A stretch of 64,000 bases of DNA, from assembly GCF_046119375.1 (NCBI RefSeq), contig NW_027362762.1:865024001-865088000 (forward strand). Direction: 5' to 3'. Each line of letters opens with the position of its first letter. Positions within the stretch are counted from its first letter, which is position 1. Positions 11,548 through 24,619 of this stretch are shown here, in pieces. The notes beneath the pieces are model-generated. The model worked only from the letters and a program-made list of their open reading frames with translations. It was not told the origin of the DNA and ran no database searches. The position numbers were made by a program, and so were the translations under genes. Origin of the DNA: Phyllobates terribilis (lineage: Eukaryota).

Positions 11548-13752
11548 GCTACAGTGATTTCCATAGCAGATGTCATTGCAAAGAAGCTGCAGTTTAGGCG
11601 AGGGTGAAATTTCCACTGAGAATAAATTGTGCAAAACTCTGTGGATCTCCATCTCGCCACTTTTATCAATGTACACTGTGGATATTTTTTTCAGCATGTG
11701 CCCAAGTTTTTTTTTTTTTTTTTTAGGTTACTTTAATTTTGTGTTTTTTCACCCATTCGTTGGGGCTTATGTCCGGACCCCCCCACATAACAGGATTCGG
11801 GGCGTATGCACCGACGGGGCCATAGACTGTAATGATGTCAACAGAGTGAACGCGCGCTCTGACGTGCATCGTTTTCGGATGGACACCCAGACTGTACCTA
11901 GACTGTATTGTTGGCCTCTTTTTTAGTTTTACTTTTTCAGATGTTATGTAAAAGAGATAAAAAGAAGTATAAGCCAAGGTGAATTGCTACATAACATTAG
12001 GTTGCACTTTTTTTTTTTTACTGCAAATCCACATAGAAAAATGCTTCAAATATTCCTTGAATAAGCCTCCTACTAGTTTTAATGCAGTTTTAATGCATAG
12101 AAATTCATACTATCAAGCCGCCGGCCAGTCCGGGCATGCGATGCGATCGTCGTCCGTGTTATTCAGCCGTCTGATTGCACCCTTATACTGAATCTTTTCT
12201 GACAAAACTACATATCAGTCTACTCAGCTCCCTGCTCTATAACCTGGCGCCTGCAGATTGGACTGCATTCTCATGCTTACAGGTTCCCTTTAACCCCAGT
12301 GGCCTTATTCCAAATGGCGATCGGGAATAAGGTCCCACAGCATCAGAAAACCTCCAAGGTTCCCGCTACCGGAGGTAGCTGAGACCCTGGAGAACACTAT
12401 CAGGGCGGGTTTTTCCGGTCCCCGATCACGTGATCACCGTATCTTGTAAAAAAAAGAAAAAGTGAGATCCAGTGTAAAAATAATTTCTCTCTCCTCTGAC
12501 ATGATATAACATGTCAGAGGAGAGAGAAATGGTCTCCCCAACCTACCCCCCCCCCACAGTACTTCTCCTGAAGCAAAATGACCAAGACAGTTTCACAATC
12601 CTGCTGTACCTGCTTAGCTTCACAAAAAACGTAGCAAAAACAGATGGAGATGTTTTTGCTGCTATTTTGCACTTACTCGTCGCTTTCTGTGGGTGAAAAA
12701 TGCTGCAAAAACACTGAAAGAAGTGACAGGCTGCAGATTTTAAAAAAAGCAGCAGTTTTCCAATTCAGTCAGGAAAGTAAAAAAAGCAATTGTGTCCATG
12801 AGATTTTTGAAATCTCATAGCTTTTGCTGGTACTGTAAAACGCAGCTTCAAATGCAGCAAAAATGCAACTTGTGAACATAATATAATTGTGATGGTCAGA
12901 ATTATATATTTTTCTTGTGTGCATGGCTTCACAGCGCTGTGGGATATGTTGCTGCTACATATAGGAAACATTAATGTATCCTATTGATAGTTGCACACGC
13001 TGCATTGGAGTAAGGTTCTGTTCACATTTGTGTCCCAGGCCTCCATGTGGTGGGAGGTATAGATCTGCAGAGCTTTTCCACCTAGTAAAGGAATAGACAT
13101 CCTGACCCAGTCCAGGTAGACACTATTGTAAGTCATTGGCGTCTGCAGGGTGCATGCTTTGCAACCTTTTCATAAAAAATCCGGAAGGGGACCCTCTGCA
13201 GATTAGACCTCTTTAGCGTGTATGCCTTTTAAAGTTTCTTCTACAAAACTGCGACATTGGAAATGATTGCAAACTGAGCAATAATTTCCAATGCAGCAAA
13301 GTGTTAAATGGTTCCTAAGATATCGTGGAAAATGGAGATAGCCGAGGTGTGTTGGACGTTCCTATCACGGCTGCATTCCTGAGAGTCCCCGTCAGTTCCT
13401 GCCTGAGTCATCCAGACTTTGACAGCAGCAGTTATATAGCGCCTGACATGTTAGAACACTGTACAGTATGGCTTCTTGTAAATCTAGTCAGCGGCAAGGC
13501 TGATTCATCCTGTAAGATAAAGGGAAGGGCTGTCAGCTGCCAGATCTGCTCAGAAAACTGTGCTCCTCCAGAGACATGTGCACAGCACAGCAACTCTGAG
13601 ATAAAGGGTCTGCCTCCATCAGCTTCATGTGCCCCAACACGACAAATGCAAAATGGCTGTCCAAGGCATGAAGCCGCACAATGCCTGATGACTGTGCAGT
13701 TGTAAAGGTGTTACAGACACAATGCATGGAACAGCTGGGTAGAAGTGCTGAA

Positions 13753-14099
13753 AGGGGTTGTCCAGGTGTGGGATGAAACTCTAAAATCACCTTATCCAGA
13801 CTTGTGACTTCTCACAGTGCACACTGTCAGGATTCTCCGCTTCGAGGAGCAGGTCACGTGACTATTTGCATACTTCTGGCCACATTCCGTCTAGATATGC
13901 TCGGCATCGCTCAGTTCAAGTGAATTGCGTGAGGCTACACTCGTCTAGTCAGTACGTGACTGCATGTATACAAATCACATACTTGCGGTCACATCCGCTC
14001 TTGGGGAATCCTGACAGTGTGAGGTGTGCACGCTGTGAGGATTCAGAAATCTGCAGTCACATACTGCAGACTTTTTCATCCCATACCTGGACAACCCCT
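13753..14099. mobile_element. T2/Kolobok-type palindromic MITE; a second MITE starts after the shared TTAA at 14100-14103
   Basis: AGGGGTTGTCCAGGTGTGGGATG / CATCCCATACCTGGACAACCCCT|TTAA; contains GTCACGTGAC at 13853-13862. Confidence 0.75.
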
Positions 14100-14585
14100 T
14101 TAAAGAGGACCTGTCACCAGATTTTGGTCTTATTTCATTCCTGCTGTTCTATTTTATTTTTTTTTTAATCTGCCATATGGTTGTAGAGACATGGTCCTTT
14201 TTCTTTAGTGCTAATTTTCATGGTCTTTACTAAGTGGGTGTTGCTCCATACACTTGTATTAAGTGAGGCTGCACCCAGTGGACAGGCTCTGGCCGGGGTA
14301 TGCATAATACATACGTACCCGCCGATCCCGGCTCGGATACGTGTGAATCCTCGTAGTGTATAGTGCGCGTGCTGGGGGGATTCATAGGTCTGCAGTCACA
14401 CAGAGTGACTGCAGACTTATCAATTTAGCCCGGACAACCACTTAAGCATATTAGAAAGCGCGCTCGCTCCTCTGAATACATTTGACTGACTTGGGACTGC
14501 TGGTGTAAGAGCGTGACGTCTGTGCCTGTCATGGTGTGAGGAGAAGATGTCACCCAAAACCTTCCCATAGCCTTTACTATCAAGA

Positions 14586-14837
14586 CAGCGCCGTGGAGTC
14601 GGTATAAAATGGACTGACTCCAACTCCTAAAATATATAATAAATTGGGTAGAGTAGTTCAATGCAGTTTGAGGGGAATATTTTTTTATAAGAATTTGGGA
14701 GTTATGAAATGTCCTATTCCTGATCTAAGGGTCTAGACTTTTACCTGAGATGAATCTGTGCTGCAGTAAATTTATCACTTAAACATGAGCCATGTGTGAG
14801 GGAGTCGGAGGTTTGGCTTACCAACTCCACAGCCCTG
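14586..14837 (-). mobile_element. Short hAT-type MITE; single-unit relative of the 18593-20595 element
   Basis: Ends CAGCGCCGTGGAGTCGG / CTCCACAGCCCTG; contains one GAGATGAATCTGTGCTGCA unit; reverse-complement homology to the flanks of the 41-bp array. Confidence 0.75.
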
Positions 14838-15384
14838 TGATGATGCGTTAACTGATTGCCATGTAAAAAAGCGAAATTTTGGCCCATTTTGTTTAGAAAC
14901 TGACACAGATCTGTTGATAGATGTGGGCCACGGCTTATCGTATTTCTCAGGACCTTCCCAGCAGTGAAGCATTACCTGATCTCGGCAGTGTTTGTCTGGG
15001 TGGATTTGTTTATTCTCATCCCCGTGGTTACCTTTACATAGGTCTGAGCTTATCTGTGGTGTCCAAGGGCAGGGCCCCCCGACAGGTGACAGCTGTACCT
15101 TCACTCACTGCTCTAAGGTGGAGCTGTTGAATTACCCGCCCCCCCCCCCCATATATCATTATAATAAATGATTCATTTGGGAATTTGTGTGGGTTTTTTT
15201 TGTTTTCCATCTTTTAACACAAGGTTTTAGTATCTGTATTTTAGATGGCATATATATTGTCTATTGTAATTAACACTAATTGTCCTTGCAGTCTATGCAG
15301 CCAATTTTACTTGTACATTAGTTAATAATATTATCTACACTTTATGCTTCCAGAATGTTTTGCACGTCTTCATTTTGTGTAAAC

Positions 15385-15735
15385 CCAAGATAAAAACATA
15401 AGCAAAATCTCTGCAGTAAATAAATAATTAGCAATAGTGCATGAAAATAATATAGGGTGCTTAGTTAACATAATTTGGATGAAAAAAAAATGTAATAAGT
15501 CACCACATCACGGTGACCCTATTTGGGACAGTCCTAACCTCTAGTATTGAAACGTACGTCACTTGACAAATAGTAAGGTTTTAATACTAGAGTTTAGGAC
15601 CGTCCCGAATAAGGTCACTGTGACGTGGTGGGATTTTATTTTAATCAAAATTATGTTAACTAAGCACCCTATATTATTTTCATGCACTATTGCTATTTAT
15701 TTATTGCAGGAGTTTTGCTTATTATGTTTTTTAAC
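15385..15735. repeat. Long imperfect palindrome (MITE-like)
   Basis: Arms such as GCAATAGTGCATGAAAATAATATAGGGTGCTTAGTTAACATAATTT and its reverse complement, centred near 15560. Confidence 0.8.
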
Positions 15736-15920
15736 TTCTAAAAAATGCAAGAGCGCAATAGGGTCTTATCCAAGTTTAACAAATTTTATGCAAAATAAGT
15801 AGAACCGCTGACCTTGTAGGGTTGTGTGAGACACGACACCTAAAAAGCCTAGAGTCCAGATGCAGCTTCCATAAAACAGCCTTGCATAAAGAAGTTTATG
15901 GCCAAGATCTTTATGTATGG

Positions 15921-15964
15921 TTGTCCTGAAGAAAGAGTCAGTGGACTCTGAAACGCATTGACAA
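15921..15964 (+). ncRNA. Minimal type-I hammerhead ribozyme motif (Penelope-like), probably degenerate
   Basis: TTGTC-CTGAAGA-A-AGAGTC(AGTG)GACTCT-GAAAC-GC-ATT^GACAA-TAAA: perfect 5-bp stem I, 6-bp stem II; C-A mismatch in stem III. Confidence 0.7.
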
Positions 15965-16263
15965 TAAACCTACATTTTACCTTACTACTGGATTGTCGGA
16001 ACTCCAAAGAGCGCAGAATTACTTACATCCCCCAATAATTTTTTTTTATCTTGATTTTGTTTGTTTAGTAGCCAATGTGAACATGTGCCTACATCCTGCA
16101 TGCACACCATCTTGTATTCCAGTCCATCTCTTTGGGTTTTTATTTTTTCATTTTGATAAGTACATAATGTCTTAATAAGCCAAGAACACATACTGCATGT
16201 TGTAGGAGCTCAACCATGTACCCCTCCACCTCCTCCTCTTCACTGTCCCATGTCTGGCTGTAA

Positions 16264-16467
16264 GGCCACGGCCCCACTATCGGTATTCGGTCAGTATTTT
16301 TTCTCAGGAGTGGGAGTCAAAACCAGGAGTGGGTGATAAATGTAGAATTGGTGACTTGTTTCTATTATACCTTTTCTGTGATTGTTCCTCACCTGGTTTT
16401 GGCTCCCACTCCTGAGGAAAAAATACTGACCGAATACTGACCAAATACTGATAGTGGGGCCGTGGCC
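16264..16467. mobile_element. PIF/Harbinger-like palindromic MITE
   Basis: TIR GGCCACGGCCCCACTATC; TAA on both sides; second copy at 51207-51408. Confidence 0.85.
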
Positions 16468-18592
16468 TAAGAAAAGTGTCTGCTGCACAAGCCTTTACCT
16501 TCTGCTGTGTATAAGGAGAAGGCTTCTGTCATTCACCAGCAACAGATTAAACTGATCAGCAGGAGATTGAACAATCCGGATCATGCAGAAAATGCTGCAG
16601 TCTAACAAACAGGGAGGGGAACTATATTGTGTATTTTAAACACCCATTTTTAGGTTTGGTGTTTTGTTTTTTTTTAAGGATTTTCTGGAAAAAAAAAAGT
16701 CACGGTGGCCAATTCTTAAGAAATGTGTGCACAGTAGAGTCCAACACATTGGACAAGTTCTTATCAGCAGAATGAATGGGCAGCGGCTGCTTTACTGCTT
16801 TTTCAGGCACATCTCTACACACCACTGCAGATCAGATTTAGGTTATTGGTGCAAAATACTGATTTTTAAAGTAAGCCAACCTTTAGTTGGTGTAGGTAAG
16901 TGTCTTGAGTCTTGCAATATGCACCAAAATGTATCACATGGCATATGCCTCTCCCTTGTCTGAAATTGGCCATATATATTGGATAGCTGTCATTCAGCTG
17001 CCAGCTATGTCCTCCATACACAGGCCGGGAGTCTCTAGATTCACCTAGTGAATCGCTGTCTGATTCAACAGGCGGTGGTTTATCTTCTCACCAAACAAAT
17101 TATTAAATTCCAACTGTGTTATACTTAGGTTCCCAATTGTAACTTGTCTAGAGGATTTTACCTAATGTGTACTGGGGGCCTTAAATTTAGGGAATTAGTA
17201 AATCTCTATCATGGTGTCATATTGTGGTTTGGGGAAAAAAGACCTTATAAACTGATTGCTGTGGGAATCATTTTTATACACAATTTGTTTAGCGTAACAG
17301 TCATCTTAAGATATATATTACATTTTCATGTACACTGATTTATGACATAAAAATTATCAAAGAAATCTGCTTTTTTTTTTCTCCTGGATTGATCTTCCAC
17401 TTTCAATTCACAGGTAAAACCCGTATGCACTAAACACAGATTTTACCATTACTGAGATAGATGACAGTTGGTGCTTTTAGAATTCAATGGGGAGGGGAGG
17501 AGCTAGAGGCCGACAGACGTTCTGTTGCAAGCTCTCCCGAAATGAAGCTACAGTTTTCCATAGAATGTTATGAGCACCAACTGTCATCTCCTAGCTCCGT
17601 AATGGGAAAAGTCTGTACTCACTGAAGACGGATTTTACCCCTGAATTAAGAATCAAATGAGAATGAAATAAAGGATCAATCCAGGCGGAAAAAGCGGATT
17701 TCTATAATCAGATATAGTACAAAGTTTATTATTTTCACGTGTATTATTTTATTTATGAAAAAAGAAATTAATACTACAATAGACTCTTTCAATTTAAAAC
17801 CTACGTGAATGTGATTAGCAGTTTGTGATTGAGGCCTGATTTGGAGGGTTCATCTAATCTTGCAGACACTCTCCCTTCTCTATAGACTTAGGCTATGTTC
17901 ACACTTTACTTTTTTTGGATTTTTTTTTTACTGAATTGGAAAACTGCAGCGTTTTTTATATCTGCAGCAAGTCTGTTCGTTCAGCGTTTTATCCACCCGT
18001 AGAAAGCAATGAGGGTGCAAAAAACGCAAACATGTAGTGTTTGTGTGAATAAATCTATGGTAACTTTATTAACCATGTACTGTAAACAAGTGACACATAT
18101 AATCTCCAGCAAAGCCTACTTTTTCTAAGCAGTTTCTTTACTGCCAAGAGAGCAGGTTTTGCCTGCAGAAAAAAAACGCAACGTGTGAACATAACCTAAG
18201 GGTCCGTTTACACGGACTGACCGTCGGCACAACATGATCGGCGGTGGTTTGCTAGCCCATTTACACAGGCAGACTGCCGTAAACGATGCACACTGAGCTA
18301 TATGTAATAGATTGTGCAGTGCCCATAGGCTGCCATATTTCTCGGCAGCGCGAGTCCTATTTACGAAGGAAAATGCTCCACCAAGAACAATATTTTTTTT
18401 GCTCAGCACAAAAGATCATTGCACCCGATTTGAAGGAGCGTTTTGCTTGTTCATCGGGTGATTCACAGCCTGTTAACACTAAGGCTATGATCCCACGATG
18501 AGCTTTAGGTGAGTTTTTAATGTTGCAGATTTTCTGCACCCATTAATAAAATAGGTTACTTGCATTTTTTCGAAAATACTCAGCGTAAAAAA

Positions 18593-20595
18593 CAGGGCTG
18601 CGGAGTCTGCAAGTCATACCTCCAACTTCTCAATTTTCCGGACTCCCAACTCTGACTCCCCAACTGACTCCTCACTACTGAGCGTGTACATAAAGTGCAG
18701 CACAGATTCATCTCACTACTGAGCGTGTACATAAAGTGCAGCACAGATTCATCTCACTACTGAGCGTGTACATAAAGTGCAGCACAGATTCATCTCACGG
18801 CCTCACTACTGAGCGTGTACATAAAGTGCAGCACAGATTCATCTCACTACTGAGCGTGTACATAAAGTGCAGCACAGATTCATCTCACTGCCTCACTACT
18901 GAGCGTGTACATAAAGTGCAGCACAGATTCATCTCACTACTGAGCGTGTACATAAAGTGCAGCACAGATTCATCTCACTACTGAGCGTGTACATAAAGTG
19001 CAGCACAGATTCATCTCACTACTGAGCATGTACATAAAGTGCAGCACAGATTCATCTCACTACTGAGCGTGTACATAAAGTGCAGCACAGATTCATCGCA
19101 CTACTGAGCGTGTACATAAAGTGCAGCACAGATTCATCGCACTACTGAGCGTGTACATAAAGTGCAGCACAGATTCATCTCACTACAGAGCGTGTACATA
19201 AAGGGCAGCACAGATTCATCTCACTACTGAGCGTGTACATAAAGTGCAGCACAGATTCATCTCACTGCCTCACTACTGAGCGTGTACATAAAGTGCAGCA
19301 CAGATTCATCTCACTGCCTCACTACTGAGCATGTACATAAAGTGCAGCACAGATTCATCTCACTACTGAGCGTGTACATAAAGTGCAGCACAGATTCATC
19401 TCACTACTGAGCATGTACATAAAGTGCAGCACAGATTCATCTCACTACTGAGCGTGTACATAAAGTGCAGCACAGATTCATCGCACTACTGAGCGTGTAC
19501 ATAAAGTGCAGCACAGATTCATCTCACTACTGAGCGTGTACATAAAGTGCAGCACAGATTCATCTCACTACAGAGCGTGTACATAAAGGGCAGCACAGAT
19601 TCATCTCACTACTGAGCGTGTACATAAAGTGCAGCACAGATTCATCTCACTGCCTCACTACTGAGCGTGTACATAAAGTGCAGCACAGATTCATCTCACT
19701 GCCTCACTACTGAGCGTGTACATAAAGTGCAGCACAGATTCATCTCACTACTGAGCGTGTACATAAAGTGCAGCACAGATTCATCTCACTACTGAGCGTG
19801 TACATAAAGTGCAGCACAGATTCATCTCACTACTGAGCGTGTACATAAAGGGCAGCACAGATTCATCTCACTACAGAGCGTGTACATAAAGGGCAGCACA
19901 GATTCATCTCACTACTGAGCGTGTACATAAAGTGCAGCACAGATTCATCTCACTGCCTCACTACTGAGCGTGTACATAAAGTGCAGCACAGATTCATCTC
20001 ACTGCCTCACTACTGAGCATGTACATAAAGTGCAGCACAGATTCATCTCACTACTGAGCGTGTACATAAAGTGCAGGACAGATTCATCTCACTACTGAGC
20101 GTGTACATAAAGTGCAGCACAGATTCATCTCACTGCCTCACTACTGAGCGTGTACATAAAGTGCAGCACAGATTCATCTCACTACTGAGCGTGTACATAA
20201 AGTGCAGCACAGATTCATCTCACTACTGAGCATGTACATAAAGTGCAGCACAGATTCATCTCACTGCCTCACTACTGAGCATGTACATAAAGTGCAGCAC
20301 AGATTCATCTCACGGCCTCACTACTGAGCATGTACATAAAGTGCAGCACAGATTCATCTCACTGCCTCACTACTGAGCGTGTACATAAAGTGCAGCACAG
20401 ATTCATCTCAACTAAAAGTCGAGATCCTTAGATCAGGAACAGAACAGACATTTATAGGACATTTCATAACTTTCCCAAATACTTATGAAAACATTTACAG
20501 TACATCCTGCATTGAGCTACTGTACCCAATTATTATATATTTTAGGAGACGGTCCATTTTATACCGACTCCACCAAAATGGACACCACAGCCCCG
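18593..20595. mobile_element. hAT-type MITE carrying an expanded minisatellite
   Basis: Ends CAGGGCTGCGGAGTC / GACACCACAGCCCCG; 8-bp TSD GTAAAAAA (18585-18592, 20596-20603). Confidence 0.8.
18670..20410 (+). repeat. 41-bp minisatellite (about 40 copies; some 49-bp variants)
   Basis: ACTACTGAGCGTGTACATAAAGTGCAGCACAGATTCATCTC with occasional AC(T/G)GCCTC insertion. Confidence 0.97.
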
Positions 20596-20946
20596 GTAAA
20601 AAAAAAAACTCGCCAAAAGCTTATCATGGGAACATAGCATAAAATATTCTCGTTCACAATAATCTTGCAGTGAATTTATAATAATTTTTCTGCCTTGCAC
20701 TCGTCACCAGGATCCCTCTGTCATTCCTCTCCTCCATATGAGATCATCCTTCTCACAATGCACAATACAGTCATTTAGCCAAAAGGCTTGGCCAGGTCCC
20801 GGTGTCCTGAGAACAGAACGGTACCAGCGCAGAGGTGCCAACACAGCAGTCTGCGCCATCCAGCTGTTTAATATATGCCGTATCCTGTACTCAGAGATGC
20901 TATCTACACTACTGAGCGCTGATTTTATTTTTCTCTTCTATTAAAG

Positions 20947-21066
20947 CAAAGAGTTGAAATCCACAAGCTGCGTCAGGGGGACAACCTGATCCTGGGGTTC
21001 AGTATCGGAGGAGGTATAGATCAAGACCCTAACCAGAACCCCTTTTCGGAGGACAAGACAGATAAG
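20947..21066 (+). CDS. TAX1BP3: TAX1BP3 coding exon 2: QRVEIHKLRQGDNLILGFSIGGGIDQDPNQNPFSEDKTDK
   Basis: AG/GT boundaries, 120 nt, phase 0; PDZ ILGF loop. Confidence 0.98.
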
Positions 21067-21295
21067 GTGAAGATCTGGTACCGATACCATGGCTGTTTAT
21101 TGTGTTTTAGTTGGTTGATTATTAAATTAATTAGCCCCTTTTTGAACATACCCGGGCCTGTTCTAAAGCCTTTCTCTTCATCGGTATGCCTCCATTTATT
21201 CACTGCCTGTAATTCACCACACATTGTACACAGATTATGTTTTGCATATCCATAAGTGTTTTACACAGCATAGGGGTGCTGCATGACACTAACAG

Positions 21296-21520
21296 TGGGG
21301 CCGACTGTTGCGCACGGAGGACTATGTGGGGCCGACTGTTGCGCACGGAGGGCTATGTGGGGCCGACTGTTGCGCACGGAGGGCTATGTGGGGCCGACTG
21401 TTGCGCACGGAGGGCTATGTGGGGCCCACTGTTGCGCACGGAGGGCTATGTGGGGCCCACTGTTGCGCACGGAGGGCTATGTGGGGCCCACTGTTGCGCA
21501 CGGAGGGCTATGTGGGGCCC
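21296..21520 (+). repeat. 31-bp minisatellite (about 7 copies) in TAX1BP3 intron 2
   Basis: GGGGCC(G/C)ACTGTTGCGCACGGAGGGCTATGT. Confidence 0.95.
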
Positions 21521-22287
21521 ATTATTCTGTATACTGGTTGACCCGTGACTTCTTCCAAGTTTTTCATTTTGGCCCTCTGTGTTTGTGTTTGACATCACTG
21601 GTCTAGAGTGACATCATCACCTGACAGCTTCCAGCCCCCTCTCTGCACAGCCCACCTGCCTTAGTATGTCCCCCAGTCAGTTGACGATATCTTTGCTGTC
21701 TTATATTTGAGAGCAGTGATATAGAAGATGTTCCTCTGACACAAACTGATTTTCTACAATTTAGAGTGTCCAGAATCATCAGCAAATTCCTTTAAGGGCT
21801 CATACAGGTGACCATACAACTCGGACAATTGCTATTCATCATTTTGACGCATAGCACTAGTGTCCATGTTATTCTATAAGGCTGTGCACATGTCCGATTT
21901 CCCCCATCCCCTTCAGACCGAATTGCAGTATGCACAATTTGCCGCCGAGCATCAGATGGCAGTCGCCCATTTAATTCCATGGGGAAAAATCAGATTGCAC
22001 AGACTGACATTATAGAGAAAGTGGAGAAACTTTTTTTTTTTTTTTTTTCCCCTCTCCACCTCCGGACCTATTTTATCGGATGTGGACAAAACTGTCATCT
22101 GCACATGCCCTAAAGAGGCAGATTAAGTAACAGAGAAACCTATCACAAGCAGGAGACAGATGAAGCTGCATCACATAGGATACACCAATGCTCTGCAGAG
22201 AGTTGCTACATTGCTGTAATGTTCCGCAGCTCTGAATTAAGAATTCAACATATAATAATCCTATTGGTTTCTTGCTTTGAATCATAG

Positions 22288-22365
22288 GGCATCTATGTGA
22301 CACGAGTGACTGAAGGAGGACCTGCAGAGGTGGCTGGACTTCAAATGGGAGACAAAATCATGCAG
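22288..22365 (+). CDS. TAX1BP3: TAX1BP3 coding exon 3: GIYVTRVTEGGPAEVAGLQMGDKIMQ
   Basis: TAG|GGC ... CAG|GTAAAT, 78 nt. Confidence 0.98.
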
Positions 22366-22512
22366 GTAAATACATCATTATACTGCTTCACTGAATTCTG
22401 CTGCATCTGCAATAAAGTGGTTTTCTAGTGAGGTTACAATCTCCGCTTCTCTCTGGACGGACAGCCAAGTAGCTTGGTACTGCAATAATCGGCACGTCCC
22501 TTTCTTTTGTAG

Positions 22513-22650
22513 GTGAATGGATGGGACATGACTATGGTGACACATGATCAGGCCCGAAAACGTCTCACTAAGAAGAATGAGGAGGTTGTCCGTCTTCTAG
22601 TGACCAGGAAATCCCTGCAGGAGGCCGTGCGGCAGTCTATGAGGCCATGA
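22513..22650 (+). CDS. TAX1BP3: TAX1BP3 coding exon 4 to stop: VNGWDMTMVTHDQARKRLTKKNEEVVRLLVTRKSLQEAVRQSMRP*
   Basis: TAG|GTG acceptor; TGA at 22648-22650; total 124 aa. Confidence 0.98.
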   Translation: MNGWDMTMVTHDQARKRLTKKNEEVVRLLVTRKSLQEAVRQSMRP

Positions 22651-23631
22651 AGACTGCGCTGCTACATGGATCTCTTCGTCCTCTAGTACACAGGTTCCAC
22701 TAAAGAACAAGTGATGGGCAATCTTGTATGTATGAGTCGTTGCCGGTCTGCAGATCCCTAAGAACACGCTGGGACAGATCCAGCCCCAAGCACATGTTAG
22801 TTTGCCTCTTGCCAAGTGATATGTTCCTTAGTGGCCGCAGCAGCAGTACATCCAATATACATGCTTTACAGGCCGGGTACCGCTCAATGCCATGGGCACT
22901 CCTAGGTTTCTATAACTCCATTCCTTTCAGTGGACAGTGACCGGGCATTGTACCTCTCCAGTGAGAAGGGGGGAACTAGAGCCCCTCTTTCTCAGCTAGA
23001 CCTTAGTTGCTGGTCCACCATTGGCATCACTTTTTATGATGTCTGACATAAATATTGTTGGTTATAGACAAGAAGGATGTGGTATATATAGCCATTTAAT
23101 AGCATTTACCATCAATCTTGTCTACATGGTTAAAATGCTTCCCCTTTTGTCATATATTTTTTAGAGAGGACCTGTCAGCTTTTCTGACATACCTCTTGTA
23201 GTAAATACCAAAATTCTGGAGCACCTTTTCTCAGAACTCTAAGTTGTGCTGTTCCCCTGTTATGTATGAATAAAATGGCAAACGGGTGTCACCATTCTCT
23301 TTGTCTATTCAGTGATGTAAGTGTCAGCCCTGTTGACAAGCAGAATGGTAACAAGCAGTTGTCTATCTGACTTTGTATTTCCAAGAGGAATAACAGAGGA
23401 ATGGAGCGACACCGAGCTCTCGGAAAGGTTGCCCCACTATTGGCACTTCATGGGTTATGCAAGTATTTACTAAAACAGAGCTGGCAGGTCCTGTTAAAGC
23501 TTTTCTTGTACTAATCCTGGTACTACAAAGATGTGTTTTTATTAAATCCTGTACTAGAGAGCGCTGCTGCTACACACAAAGGTCTAGAAACAAATGAAAT
23601 AGCAGTAAATTCACACCTGGTATTACGCTAC

Positions 23632-23637
23632 AATAAA
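23632..23637 (+). terminator. Candidate proximal polyadenylation signal of TAX1BP3
   Basis: AATAAA followed by T-rich sequence. Confidence 0.4.
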
Positions 23638-23693
23638 ATTATACATTTTTATTTGCCAGTTTTTCATAGTGGAACCTTCATTTCCAATTTTAA

Positions 23694-23956
23694 ACGGAGT
23701 CTGTCAGCACAGAATGACTGTTCAAACCAAGCTCTCATGGCATGGCCAAACGTTTAAGTGCACCTTCCCACTTGTTTTCTCTCCATCTCCACCCTTCTCC
23801 GGCTCTATAACGCCAGAGCTGTCAATCAAAGAAGAGGTAGTGGGGTGGAGATTGAGGGAAAAGAAGTAGGTGGGAAGGTGTACTGTAAATGTGTGGCCAC
23901 TCCATGGTGCACTGAGAGCTTGGTTTGAACAGTCATTCTGTGCTGACAAAGTCCCT
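23694..23956. mobile_element. T2-type palindromic MITE downstream of the TAX1BP3 stop
   Basis: TTAA on both sides; arms TGTCAGCACAGAATGACTGTTCAAACCAAGCTCTC and its reverse complement. Confidence 0.8.
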
Positions 23957-24613
23957 TTAATATTAATTCCATGTTACCACCATAGGCCTATTTTATATGA
24001 ATGTAAACTCTTAGCTTTACCATGAGGACCAATTATTATCTTGTACCTAGCCGGCACTGGTCGTGATGCTAAATGTTAACCCCTCTGCACAGCTGGTGTC
24101 ACAAGGCACCGTCTATAACCACTGTATATGTATACCAAAGACTAACAAATCTACTAATTGTAGTTTATCATTCTGCCATTAATAAGTAGATTTTGATCAC
24201 TAGTTTTGCATAATTTCAGGAATTGATCAGGGCATATAAATATACTAGGACTGTTCTATTATTGTATTCCTGTTGCCACATTTCTCTGTTTGATTTGTAT
24301 ATTTCTTGCCAAAAGAAGCGGATTTAATCAGAAAGGTGAACATTCCTGTGAAAGCTTTTCTGTGTTGTTTTTCTGATCTGTAAATTTAACCCCTGAGCTA
24401 AAAATGTGAATGTACCCTAAAGCTATGTGTGACTATGCCTTTTAATAACCATGGTCTATTACAGTTATGGTAGAGGTTTCTGTGGTGGGGTTCACACATG
24501 ATTATTACACCATCAGTGTGGCAATGTGCCTAAATCCCCAAAGCTAATCCACCCTTTTTTCATGCCAGCGTTGTTGATTTTGGTGCTTGGATGTCACTAT
24601 TTTACATTGCATG

Positions 24614-24619
24614 AATAAA
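24614..24619 (+). terminator. Candidate distal polyadenylation signal of TAX1BP3
   Basis: AATAAA at the end of an AT-rich, repeat-poor UTR-like stretch. Confidence 0.45.

Noticed and set aside
13853-13862. Perfect CLEAR motif GTCACGTGAC deep in TAX1BP3 intron 1
   Set aside because: It sits inside a palindromic T2 MITE, where such palindromes are common; no evidence of function
18670-20410. 41-bp repeat array resembling CRISPR
   Set aside because: Units are directly adjacent with no unique spacers, there are no cas genes, and the context is a eukaryotic intron; it is a minisatellite
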